Shown here: in pieces, positions 26,865 to 38,383 of the stretch
Numbering within the stretch: the first letter of the stretch is position 1
How the letters are laid out: each line of letters begins with the position of its first letter
Source: Azolla caroliniana
Taxonomy: Eukaryota; Plantae; Polypodiophyta
DNA length: 64,000 nucleotides
Direction of reading: 5' to 3'
Assembly: GCA_043228905.1 (NCBI GenBank)
Contig: JBHGNT010000001.1
Location: 10,044,001-10,108,000, forward strand
Made by a program: the position numbers and the translations under genes
Notes under the pieces: model-generated
What the model was told of the DNA's origin: nothing
The model's database searches: none
What the model saw: the letters and a program-made list of their open reading frames with translations, nothing else

Positions 26865-28370
26865 CTTTTTTTTTTCTTGAAAGATTTTCTTCAATAGTAT
26901 TAAAAACATCGAAAAAGTACAAGTAAAAGTTATCTGCCCGTAGGCTTACAACGTAATGTATGTACAACTAAACTTGTACATACAAAAACAACTTATACAG
27001 GGATGTTGAATCTTAAGACGATACATTAACATGTTGGTTTTATATCAAGAAAGGGTCCATGGAAGATGACATTGAGGTATTTGATTTGTCACTACAAAGA
27101 GAGGCACCTTCCTCCATAAGTGAAGAAGCTTCATCCTTCTTTTATGAATATTTTCTGGAGAACCATACATGTTATCATACTGCCCACAAACTATTGTCAA
27201 CAATGTTTCCTATATCTCAAGCGATACCTCTAGAAGACCAAGCTTTGTTGAATCGTAAAGTCGACTGCATCTACATTTCCATAATACCCATAATGTTATT
27301 GTAGTTACAGTTTTCCAGATCTGAACAGATCGCACCTGCTTTTGAGGTTGCTGAAACGGACTAACCAATATCAATCTTCTGTTATGTACTGTCATGGCCT
27401 CTTGTATATCCTCTGCCTCATACAACATCAAGCTGGAGTGTAAAATTCCCCACACCGTTGTTCCCGATGAGAACAAGCAACCAACATTGATCGTTAGGAA
27501 TAAAGAAAGAACTTTATTCCATACTTGCTGAGCCAAGGGACAAGACCAGAGGGCATGCTTAGTAGTCTCCGACATTTCATAGCAAAATCCACATTGCCTG
27601 AGATTATGTGGTACATTCCCTCTTAACGTCTAGCCAACTGGTAATGCTGCATGCACTAATAGCCATCTAAAATTAATAAATTTAGGGCCCCCCTTGAAAG
27701 ACCAGATCCATCTCCAATATGTTTTCAACTGCAACATTGAAACACCCTAGTTAGTCCAATTTTTGTGTGCTGCTGGCGCCATTACATTCATAGACCTTAG
27801 TAATGACCTTCCTAGCTTTACTTAATACTGAAAGAAGGGAACCTTTATGACCTGTTCCTCCAAGGAATATGTCTAGAACCAACCCCTCAAATCCCATAGT
27901 AGACTTGCAACAGGTTCTTTTGCATACAACCACATCATATCACATATATGAGCGATAGAAGGATAAGGATCAAGCAACCACTTCTTTCCCATTTTTGCAA
28001 GCACTTTGACTGGTGCTTTCTATGCGTGTTGAAAATAGTTGCAGTCAAAGGCATGAGGCTGCATTCTATTGTTATCAAGAACCTCAAAATAAGAAATGCA
28101 CCCATTAGGTGAGATACCCTTGACAACCAACAATATTCATTTATGAAGCATCCAAACAAAAAATGCTCTTGTATGGGTTCGAAGGTCACCGCTAATGAGG
28201 AATATGATGGTGAAATGGTAGCCGTCATTATCTTGGCTCCATGAAGAGCTTGTAAATGCGCAAGGTGATCTGTTTGTGACATCTGTTGGAATTGAATCCA
28301 AGTGCTTACAGATGCAGTTGGCACATTATCCAGTTTACCCCAGGCAAGGTGAGTTCTAAAACCCAACACT
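26865..28370 (-). mobile_element. L1-type LINE, 3' portion (zf-RVT region), pseudogenised
   Basis: The minus strand reads CGFCYEMSETTKHALWSCPLAQQVW..LWVLWKCRC. A T-run at ~26865-26877 is a possible poly(A) tail. The element continues beyond the Gypsy insertion at 43133. Confidence 0.75.
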
Positions 28371-28937
28371 TGTGAAGGATCTATATATCGATGGAGTAAG
28401 CTCCTCGATGTCGTTGTGGGATTCAGACCGGCGTATACCCTTTTGATGGCGAATCGGGCGCAGATGGTTGTCGGACACCTCCGAGCCTCACACTCACTTA
28501 ACAACTTATAGATGATTAAGCACAATATCTCTCTCACTCTCTCAAGCTCACTCTCATAGACAATGAGGTAATGAATGTAGACAACAAGAGTAATGAATAT
28601 ATTTATTAACCCTCTTTACTAAGAGGTCTAGCACCAACAAGGAAGAGAGATTAGTGTTCTCTAACTAAACACTTCACTAATCTCTCTTAAGCTTAAAGGT
28701 TACAAGAAGGAGGAGAGGAAGCTCTAGCTCTTAATCACTTAGGAGATCTTTTCAAATGGGAGAACCCCAACAAAGCCACTACTATGTGGTTTATATAGCT
28801 TTCACGTTTAAGGTATGGGCCTTTCACACTTGGACATCTCTTTGCTTCTTTTCCTCTTGCCGTTTCCTCTTCGTACTACGTCCTTGTCGATGCACTCTTA
28901 TTCGTGATTGGTTGTGTTGTTATCCCAGCGCTTAACA
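28371..28937 (-). repeat. 3' LTR of Gypsy-1
   Basis: Direct repeat of 42561-43127, with roughly 25 mismatches by eye. Confidence 0.95.
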
Positions 28938-29561
28938 TCCCCCCCAACCTAATGAGTGCACACTCCCGGGTGCACTGTGGGCGGGGGTCGAGGGAACTTA
29001 AGAGCTTTTGGGAAGCCTTGAGGGGGTGAATGTGGGGGGGAGTGTCGCTGAGTTATCGTTTGAGGCTCCAGGCCCGTGACGTTTAAGGACCAGACCTGCG
29101 ACATGTTTGTCAAAGGGATGGGGAGGGTTTGTGAAACCCTTCTATGGGGTGTTCAGCCTCTTAGTTGTTTAGGCTTGTCGGTTTCTGTGACCTTAACCTG
29201 GGCAGGATATTTGCTTGATGTGTGCGATTTTTGGGTGTCTTGTGCGGGCGTAGTATGATCGTGACTGGGGAGCCGACTTTGTTTCGAGACCCAAAAGCTA
29301 GTGGCGCCATTGTGCCAACCTTGTGCAGTTGTAAGTGTTTTTCTGACTCGCCAAACGGCAGGTTCTCCACAATGCGGTCCTTCAGCAAAAACCGTGTGGA
29401 CGTTCACTGATTCACGTGGTTTGGGTGTTTGTGTTCTAATGTTAGCGTCGCGCTGGACATGGATGGCCAGTGGGTGTTGGCGTTCTATTTGGTTGGGTGA
29501 CTTTGCGCCTTGGGACAGGTGTGGTCCAATCGCGAGTGGGGAGCCGGCTTCGTTTCGGGAT

Positions 29562-30161
29562 CTAGAAGCTAGTGGCGCCTTTGTGCCAACCTTGTGCGGT
29601 TGTGAGTGTTTTTCTGACTCGCCACACGGCACACTCTCCACAACGCGGTCCGTTGGTGAAAATCACGTGGACGTTCACCCATTCACGTGGTTTGGGTGTC
29701 CGTGTTTTGATGCTAGTGTCACGTTGATCATGGATGGTCGGTGGGTGTGGGCCTGCTGTTTTGTTGGGCAACGCCACGCCTTGGGGGTCATCGAGGTCAG
29801 CAGGGTGTGATTTGAGTGTCGTTGCAATGAGGTCCTCAGACTTCATTCCATTTCCCATTTGGAAGGAGACGATGTGCTTGTTGGGCGATAGGAGACATTC
29901 GCTTATGCGACACCAATCTAGACCGAGGAGGCATTGTGTGTTCATCACTTCGGGTGGGAGTACGTGAACTCGGATTGAGTGGGCGTTGTATTCTGTCTTG
30001 ATGTTACACACGAAGGTTCCCAGGTAGCGTGATGTGGAACCATCGAAGCCACGAAAGTTGTTGTTGCACACTTCGAGGTCTGGGAAACCTAGACGTCCCC
30101 ATGTTTCAAAGGAGAAAAGGGTTAGTGATGCTCCTGTGTCGATTACCGCCGTCAAAGGCAT
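29562..30161 (-). CDS. Extra retropepsin-like aspartic protease domain downstream of the Gypsy-1 integrase
   Basis: AVIDTGAS catalytic motif, GFDGS flap-like segment and CLLGLDW C-terminal motif. Same reading frame as the integrase ORF. Confidence 0.75.
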   Translation of the reverse strand: MPLTAVIDTGASLTLFSFETWGRLGFPDLEVCNNNFRGFDGSTSRYLGTFVCNIKTEYNAHSIRVHVLPPEVMNTQCLLGLDWCRISECLLSPNKHIVSFQMGNGMKSEDLIATTLKSHPADLDDPQGVALPNKTAGPHPPTIHDQRDTSIKTRTPKPREWVNVHVIFTNGPRCGECAVWRVRKTLTTAQGWHKGATSF

Positions 30162-30245
30162 GTCATCAACGTAGCACTATAGTTGTATTGCTCCTTCATT
30201 CGAGTTGAATGCCTTAGCCATGGCTGTCGGATGGGTGTGCCCTTG

Positions 30246-31430
30246 TCACTTCAATTTCGCTTGCGTATTGCGAAGGTTGGTTTCGAGTCGGGCCATTCGG
30301 CTTTCAGAGGCTTTAAGTTTGGCTTCTACTTCTTGTTGCCGAGCCGTGAGTAGAGTCTCGAGGGTGAGGGGTCCATAGTAATGTTTGAGCTTGCTCCCAT
30401 TGATGAATCCGGGGATATCGATGCCTTCGAGCGTGCGTAGGCGACATGCTCCTGTCTTGGTAATCTCCGAGACTACATATGGGCCCTCACCACGTAACTT
30501 AAGCTTCTTCTTGTGTCGTTGAGAGGCAAATTTGAGGGCCATGTCTCCTTCATCGAGATCTTTGTTCCTTACTTTATTGTCGTGCCACACCTTTCTATTG
30601 GCTTTCTCTGCCAAGAGTGCTTGGAAGGCGAGAAGGCGAGTTTCGGTTAACCGTTCTAGGTTCTCTAGATGTGACGGGAGGGGGTCCTTGGCCCATCGTT
30701 CTTGTACGACTATCTTGAGGCTGGGGACCTGGAACTTGATGGGTAATACTGCTTCTTGTCCATACACTAGTTTGAATGGTGTGTGGCGAGTTGTGACTTT
30801 GTAGGAAGTACGGAAAGCCCATAATGCCGCTTGGAGTTTGGTGCTCCAATCAGACCGTGAGGTGGAGATTATCTTTGTGAGCACTGCACATAATACCTTA
30901 TTCGTGCTTTCCGCTTGTCCATTGCATCGAGGGTAATAAGGAGAACTCTTGCGGTGTGTCACCATAAATTCGGCTAGTAAATGTGCTATCACTTCGTTGA
31001 GGAAGTTGGAGCCTTGGTCGCTAATGATTTCGAGTGGACATCCAAACCGTATTATGACATTTTCATATAGGAATTTGGCAGTGCTACGCGCGTCGGCGTT
31101 AACGCAAGATTTAGCTTCTACCCACTTGGTAGTGTAGTTAGTGGCGGTTATTATGTATCGATTGAGGTTGGAAGCTAGGCTGATTGGGCCGATAAAGTCG
31201 ATACCCCATTTCTCGAATGGTTGCCATGCCACCACCGGCTTTAACGTATTGAAATCCTCTTTTAGTGGGTGTTTGAAACGTTGGCACTCGTCAAAATGGA
31301 GTACATACTCGTATGTGTCTTTGAAGAGTGTTGGCCACCATAGGCCGGACTGGAGGATCTTGCGCGCAGTGACCTCGTGATTGAAATGACCACTTCTGCT
31401 TCCGCAATGAGCTTGTTCGAGGGTGGTGAC
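30246..31430 (-). pseudogene. Gypsy-1 integrase
   Basis: PFEKWGIDFIGP..YTTKWVEAK..FGCPLEIISDQGSNF..YYPRCNGQAESTNK..GPY. The N-terminal zinc-binding part is frameshifted. Confidence 0.9.
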
Positions 31431-31481
31431 GACGTCGAGGTCTGTGACACACCTCCACAGTAGATCGTCGTTACCACGTTG

Positions 31482-33012
31482 CTACAAGTTGCCTCTGAGC
31501 ATCGTGAAGGGGCCACATTTCTTTAACAAGACATGCGCGTGTGCCCGGGGTAGTTGTTTGAGGAAGGATGCTCCTTCAGTTAGGACTTGAACAATGTCTG
31601 ATGCCCATGCTGGTACGGTGTTGATCGTGAATAATGCTGCATCTGGTGTTTCATCGTTGACCCTAGTGGCTTCTTCTCCGTTTGGTATCCGGGAGAAATG
31701 ATCAGCGAGTACATGGTCTTTGACTTTTCTCACCACTACCTTGAAGTCGAACTCGAGTAACATTACGATCCATCGGGAGATTTGTCCGGTGGCGTGAGTT
31801 TTATTTACCAGGTAGAGTAGGGCCTGATGATCTACAGAAAACGAGAATCGTGATGCTAAGAGGTAGTGGCGGAATTTTTTTACGCTGTAAACCATGGCCA
31901 AAGCTTCCCATTTCGTCATGGAGTAATTTTATTTCATGGCGTTTAGTTGGCGACTAGCGAAGATGACCGGTAGATCGACTGCCCCTTCGCCAGGTTGAGC
32001 TAGCACTGCACCAATCCCGAAGGCGGAAGCGTCCGTGTGAACGTGGAATTCTTTGGTCCAATTTGGGGGCCGGAGGATGGGGGCCGGAGGATGGGGGCCT
32101 TAGTTAGGCACTCTTTCAAGAGCTTGAAGGAATGTGTGCATTCTTCTGTCCAAGCGAACTGCTTTAGTAGCGCATAGAGCGGTCTGGCCTTGTCTGGGAA
32201 CATCTTAATGAAGCGTCTATAGTAACTTGCGTATCCCATGAACCCTTGTAGTTGTTTCTCGTTCGTGGGAGGTGGCATGTCGAGGATGAGTTTTACTTTT
32301 GCCTCATCGGTCGAGATCCCATGGCAGGACACAACGTGCCCTAATATTAATCCGTGCTTGACCCAGAACTGACACTTGAGTGGGTTGAGAGAGAGTTGAT
32401 AGGCCCGACATTTTTCGAATGTCAAGTGGAGTAGCGTCAGGTGGTCATGCCACTTCGAATAGCAGCATAAGTCGTCAACATAAGACTCCACCCCTTGTCG
32501 TAACCTTGCTGCGAAGATATGGTTCGCCGCTCTTTGGTAGGTGCTCAAGGCACTTATGAGTCCGAAAGGCATTTGCTTATACGCGAACGTACCAAATTCA
32601 GTGCCGAAGGTTGTCTTGTGTTGATCCTCAGGTACCACCGAGATTTGGTTGTACCCCGAGAACTCGTCGATGAAACTATAAGCTTCGGCTCCCGTGATTC
32701 TTTCAAGTAGATGCTTGATGTAGGGCACTAGGTAGTTGTCCTTGATGGTGGCTTCGTTGACTTGATGGTAGTCGACACATATGCGTATCTGGCCATTTTT
32801 CTTTGGGACGACTACAATCAGGGAGACCCAAGTAGTTCGTTCGATGGGGTAGATGATGCTTGCGGCCACCATTTTGTTGATTTCGGCTTTTACTTGTTGG
32901 GCGTAGTTAGGATTCATTGGGCGCGGCCTTTGCCGGATTGGGCGGGCGTCGGCTCGCATGGGGATACTATGGGTGACGACCTTAGCTAGGACCCCCTTCA
33001 TATCGACGTACG
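31482..33012 (-). pseudogene. Gypsy-1 reverse transcriptase and RNase H
   Basis: PIRQRPRPMNP..VVVPKKNGQIRICVDY..FSGYNQI..MPFGL..YVDD; RH EALAMVYSVKKFRHYL..DHQAL. A 14-bp duplication of GGGGGCCGGAGGAT at 32065-32092 shifts the frame. Confidence 0.9.
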
Positions 33013-33339
33013 TGTTGGTAGACAGGTCCCTCCGGATGGTGCAGCCCGGTATGAACCGGATGAGGAGAACCCGACTTCAGAGAGTCGGATGGTGCAGGCC
33101 CGGTATGAACCGGATGAGGAGAACCCGACTTCGGAGAGTCGGATGGTGCAGGCCCGGTATGAACCGGATGAGGAGTACCCGACTGCGGAGAGTCGGATGG
33201 AGCCCATCGAGGCTACATTTGTAAATAGCCGAAGAGTCATATTAGTATAAATATGACTTAGGGAAAACTTTTATGTGGGTTGTCATTCTTGTTGTTCTTC
33301 TTTCTTGTTGGTGCAAGAAGAAATCAGAGCGCGTAACTG

Positions 33340-33392
<53 letters not shown>

Positions 33393-36300
33393 GAGGTCGT
33401 TGCCTTTGTTGTAACCGCCGCCTGTGGCGAAGATCTGAGAGCACGAGGTCGTTGCCTCGGTGATCTCACTGTTGTATATTTCTGCATAGTGACAGTTTGC
33501 AGCTTGTGGGCTGTCGTGGTTTTTTCCCTATTTTGGGGTTTTTCCACGTATACCTCCTGTGCACCTCTCCTTCTCCTCTTTTGTGTCGCGTTTCATTACC
33601 TGTTTTTTCTGTGTATGTAAATAATCTCGGTTGTGGCCGAGCGTCGGACATAAGGAACCTCGAGTCCCCAACAAGTGGTATCAGAGCGAAATCGACACAG
33701 AAAATGGACGAATCGTTTGGCGGCATGTTCAAGCTCACCGGCTCCAACTATTCAGTGTGGAAGTCGAAGATGAGGGACATGCTCGTGGTAAAAGACCTCT
33801 GGCTGCCGGTTCAGTTCGGGGACAAGAGACCGGACAAAATCGACGCTGCGATATGGGAGGTGATGCACATGAAGACAACGGCGTACATACGGTGCTTCAT
33901 TGACATGAGCCTGTACAACAACTTCAATGAAGAGAGTAAGGCTCATGAACTCTGGGAGAAGATCGGCACAATGTTCCAGAACAAAAACGCTGTCAATCAG
34001 GCGTCGATATTCCGGAAGCTTGTAAGACTCCGGTACCAAGATGGCCACAGCATGGCGGAGCATATGAATGCCTTCCAGGGGCTGATTCACCAGGCAACGT
34101 CATTGGAAGTACCTCTTGCCGATGAGGTCCTAGCGCTACTCCTGCTCGGTTCCCTCCCGGATAGCTGGGAGACGTTGGTTGTTACTTTGGGCAACGCCGG
34201 GCCGGAAGGAAAACGACTATCCCTAGCAAGAGTAAAGTCGAGCTTGCTAGATGAGGAGGCTCGTCGGAAAGACAAAGATACGAGCTCCGACTCCAAAGCG
34301 CTCCTTACCGAATCGGAACGCGGAAGACATGGAAATCGTAGTCCCCAGAACCGGGAGAAGTTGGGGACACGATCAAAGTCAAGGGGGAGGCCTACTTGCT
34401 TCTATTGCGGCAAGCCGGGACACTTCCAAAAGAACTGTCGGCATTTCCGTAAAGACAAGGAAACCGACGGTACCGATTCGAAGCAAACCCCGAACCGGAA
34501 CGGTACAGACCGGAACGGTAAAGACTGGAGGGGGCCGGACCGGAAGGGAACGACGGCAATTGCGGCAAGTGAAGAGGAGTTGATGCTCATCACCGAGGAA
34601 AGTGAGATAAACCATGCCGGCGATGAGATGACCTGGGTGGTAGACTCCGGAGCGTCGTTCCACCTTACCCCGGACCGGAAATGCTTCTCATCCTACTCAG
34701 CCGGTGATCACGGCTGTGTCCGGATGGGGAATGAAGGAACATGCCGAATTGTCGGCATAGGAGACGTGTGGCTGACAACACCAACCGGATGTAAGTTGCT
34801 GTTGAAAGATGTCCGACACGTTCCGGAAGTTCATCTGAACCTGATATCAGCCGGTCGGCTAGATGATGAAGGTTACACGGGTAGCATCCGGAACGGTGTC
34901 ATGAAGTTCAGCAAAGGGAGCCTGATTGTGGCTCGGGCCCGGAAGGTAAACACACTGTACCTGATGAATACCCGGTTATGTCCGGAAGAAGTGAACGTGG
35001 CTTCCGACACTACCGGTGAGCTGTGGCACAAGAGGCTATGTCACATGAGTGAGAAGGGGATGAAGAGGCTTAGAGACGACAACCTCATTCCAGTGAAGAA
35101 CGTGCACTTAGAGAAGTGCACTGATTGTCTGGCCGGTAAGCAGAACCGGACCTCCTTCCGACAAAGGCCACCGATGAGACGTAATGCACCACTGGAGTTG
35201 GTGCATACGGATGTTTGTCAAGTAGACACGAAGTCACATGCCGGAGCGCAGTACTTCGTGACGTTCATAGATGACCACAGCCGGAAGCTGTGGGCCACAC
35301 CGCTGAAGACGAAGGATCAGGTGTTATCCGTCTTCAAAGAGCTCCACGCGAGAGTGGAAAGAGAAACCGGCCGGAAGCTGAAGGTGGTTCGAGCAGATAA
35401 CGGAGGTGAGTACCGGGGGCAGTTCGAGGAGTACTGCCGCTCGAAGGGAATCCGGCTCGAATTTACCGTGCCGAAGATGCCGGAACTAAATGGACTGGCC
35501 GAGAGGATGAACCGGACCATAATGGAGAGGGTCCGGAGTATGCTAGCGCATGCAAAACTACCCAAGGAGTTTTGGGCCGAGGCACTGTCGACGGCGACAT
35601 ATGTGATAAACAGATCACCCTCAGTACCCTTGGACGGAGACACACCACAGAGAGTATGGACCGGTAAGGAAGTGTCCTACCGGCATCTGAGGGTGTTCGG
35701 GTGTCTCGCGTACGTGCATGTAGCAAAGGACCGGAGAGGAAAGCTAGATCCAAAGACCCGGCCATGCATATTCCTCGGTTACGGTGACGATGAGTTCGGC
35801 TACCGAGTGTGGGACCCGGTCGACAAGAAGGTATTCCGGAGTCGAGACATTATCTTCATGGAGGACAAGACGCTCGCCGACTGGGAGTCGGAGAAGAAGA
35901 TAATGAACTCCGAGCCGACCGGTAAGGATAGACTCTACAATGAGCAGACCCAACCGACAAGAGACCGGTTAGCACTCGAGGAACCAGCCGGTTACGGTGA
36001 GGATACCGAACCGGCAGAAGAAGAAGTAGAGGAAGCTGAGACCGGAACCGGTCAAGACCCCGAATCGGATTCGGATGAAGAGCAAATGGAGGAACCGATT
36101 ACCGAAGCCCGAAGACGTAGATATCCTCTCAGAGAGAGAAGGGCGCCCCGGAGATTTCCGGATGCAGAGCATGTCCTGCTGACCGATGAGGGGGAGCCGG
36201 AAAGCTTCGAAGAAGCGAAGGTTGACACCCACAGCCGAAAATGGTTAAGTGCCATGCAGGATGAGATGGATTCCCTGCATGAGAACCATACATACGAATT

Positions 36301-38048
36301 GGTGGAGCTGCCGAAAGGAAAGCGGGCACTCCGAAACAAGTGGGTATTCAAGTTGAAACCGGGAGATGCCGGCAACCCCCCGAGATACAAAGCCAGGATC
36401 GTGGTGAAGGGGTTCCAGTAGAAGAAGGGCGTGGATTTCGACGAAATATTCGCCCTGGTAGTAAAGATGACTTCCATCCGGACGGTGCTGAGTATAGCAG
36501 CAAGCATGGATCTCGAGGTAGAGCAGCTGGACGTGAAGATGGCATTCCTTCACGGCGACCTCGAAGAGGAGATCTACATGCAGCAACCGGAAGGGTTTGT
36601 GGAGAAAGGGAAGGAGCACCTGGTATGCCGGTTGAAGAAGAGCCTATACGGACTGAAGCAGGCTCCCCGTCAATGGTATCGGAAGTTCGACTCCTTCATG
36701 ACCGATCAAGGGTACCACAAGACGCAGGCCGATCACTGCGTGTTTGTGAAGAAGTTCGAAGGAGGGGACTTCCCTATACTCCTCCTGTACGTGGATGACA
36801 TGTTGATCGTCGGACGAGACCAAGGAAAAATACGGATGCTGAAGAAGGCTCTCAACCGTACCTTCTCAATGAAGGACTTGGGTCCGGCAAGACAGATGTT
36901 GGGGATGCACATCATTCGGGACCGGTCAGTGAAGCAACTATGGCTGTCACAGGAGAAGTATGTGACAAAGGTGCTTCACCGGTTCAACATGTCAGATGCA
37001 AAACCGGTCGGATCGACACTTCCGGCAAACTGCAAGTTGTCCGGCAAGCAAAGCCCGAAGACAAAAGGAGAGAAGGCAGATATGATGAAGATTCCATATG
37101 CCTCTGCCGTCGGGAGCTTGATGTACGCAATGGTTTGTACCCGACCGGACATTGGATACGCAGTCGGAGTGGTGAGCCGGTTCATGAGTAATCCCGGCAA
37201 GGAGCATTGGATCGCGGTCAAGTGGATACTCCGGTATTTGAAGGGAACTTCAAATATGTGCCTCCGATTCGGCACCGGAAAACCTCAACTGGACGGTTTC
37301 ACCAATTCGGACATGTCGGCTGATGTGGATACCAGCCGGTCTACATCCGGGTATGTGATGACATATGCAGGGGGAGCTGTCTCGTGGCAGTCGAGGCTGC
37401 AGAAGACGGTTGCATTGTCAACCACAGAGGCGGAATACATGGCGGCTGTGGAAGCCGGCAAGGAAATATTATGGATGAAGGACTTCATCGGAGAGCTCGG
37501 TATCCAGCAAGAGGAATACCGACTCTACTGCGACAATCAAAGTGCCATCCACCTTGTTAAGAATGCTGCCTACCATTCCCGGACGAAGCATATCTAGCGG
37601 AGGTATCACTGGATTCGGGAAAGGGTAGATGACCAAGAGTTCGCACTGGCGAAGATCCACACGGCCGAGAACGGGTCGGATATGTTGACCAAAGTGTTGA
37701 CACCCGACAAGCTGGACGCATGCCGGAAGAGGATCGGGCTGGAAAGACACCCCATGCCGGAGTGAAGGGGGAGTTTGTTGGTAGACAGGTCCCTCCGGAT
37801 GGTGGAGCCCGGTATGAACCGGATGAGGAGAACCCGAGTTCGGAGAGTCGGATGGTGCAGGCCCGGTATGAACCGGATGAGGAGTACCCGACTGCGGAGA
37901 GTCGGATGGAGCCCATCGAGGCTACATTTGTAAATAGCCGAAGAGTCATATTAGTATAAATATGACTTAGGGCAAACTTTTATGTGGGTTTTCATTCTTG
38001 TTGTTCTTCTTTCTTGTTGGTGCAAGAAGAAATCAGAGCGCGTAACTG

Positions 38049-38097
<49 letters not shown>

Positions 38098-38378
38098 GAG
38101 GTCGTTGCCTCTGTTGTAACCGCCGCCTGTGGCGAAGATCTGAGAGCACGAGGTCGTTGCCTCGGTGATCTCACTGTTGTATATTTCTGCATAGTGACAG
38201 TTTGCAGCTTGTGGGCTGCCGTGGTTTTTTCCCTATTTTGGGGTTTTTCCACGTATACCTCCTGTGCACCTCTCCTTCTCCTCTTTTGTGTCGCGTTTCA
38301 TTACCTGTTTTTTCTGTGTATGTAAATAATCTCGGTTGTGGCCGAGCGTCGGACATAAGGAACCTCAAGTCCCCAACA
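33013..38378 (+). mobile_element. Complete Ty1/Copia LTR retrotransposon (Tnt1/Tork-like; Copia-1) nested between PR and RT of Gypsy-1
   Basis: LTRs 33013-33673 and 37776-38378 (TGTTGG..CCAACA). TSD GTACG. PBS TGGTATCAGAGC (tRNA-iMet) at 33676. PPT GAAGGGGGAG at 37764. Confidence 0.97.
33704..37765 (+). pseudogene. Copia-1 gag-pol polyprotein (~1353 codons) with two in-frame TAG stops
   Basis: CFYCGKPGHFQKNC, WVVDSGAS, LWHKRLCH, RADNGGEY, SLYGLKQAPRQW, LLYVDDML, ALSTTEAEY. TAG codons at 36419 and 37595, probably from CAG. No frameshift seen. Confidence 0.93.
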
Positions 38379-38383
38379 GTACG

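Noticed and set aside
33497-33703. N-terminal extension of the 974-aa ORF in the track
   Set aside because: It starts at a non-ATG codon inside the LTR. The real start is the ATG at 33704 after the PBS, matching Copia-2.
36419-36421. Programmed stop read-through in Copia-1
   Set aside because: Copia-2 has CAG at the same codon, so it is a simple C>T nonsense mutation.
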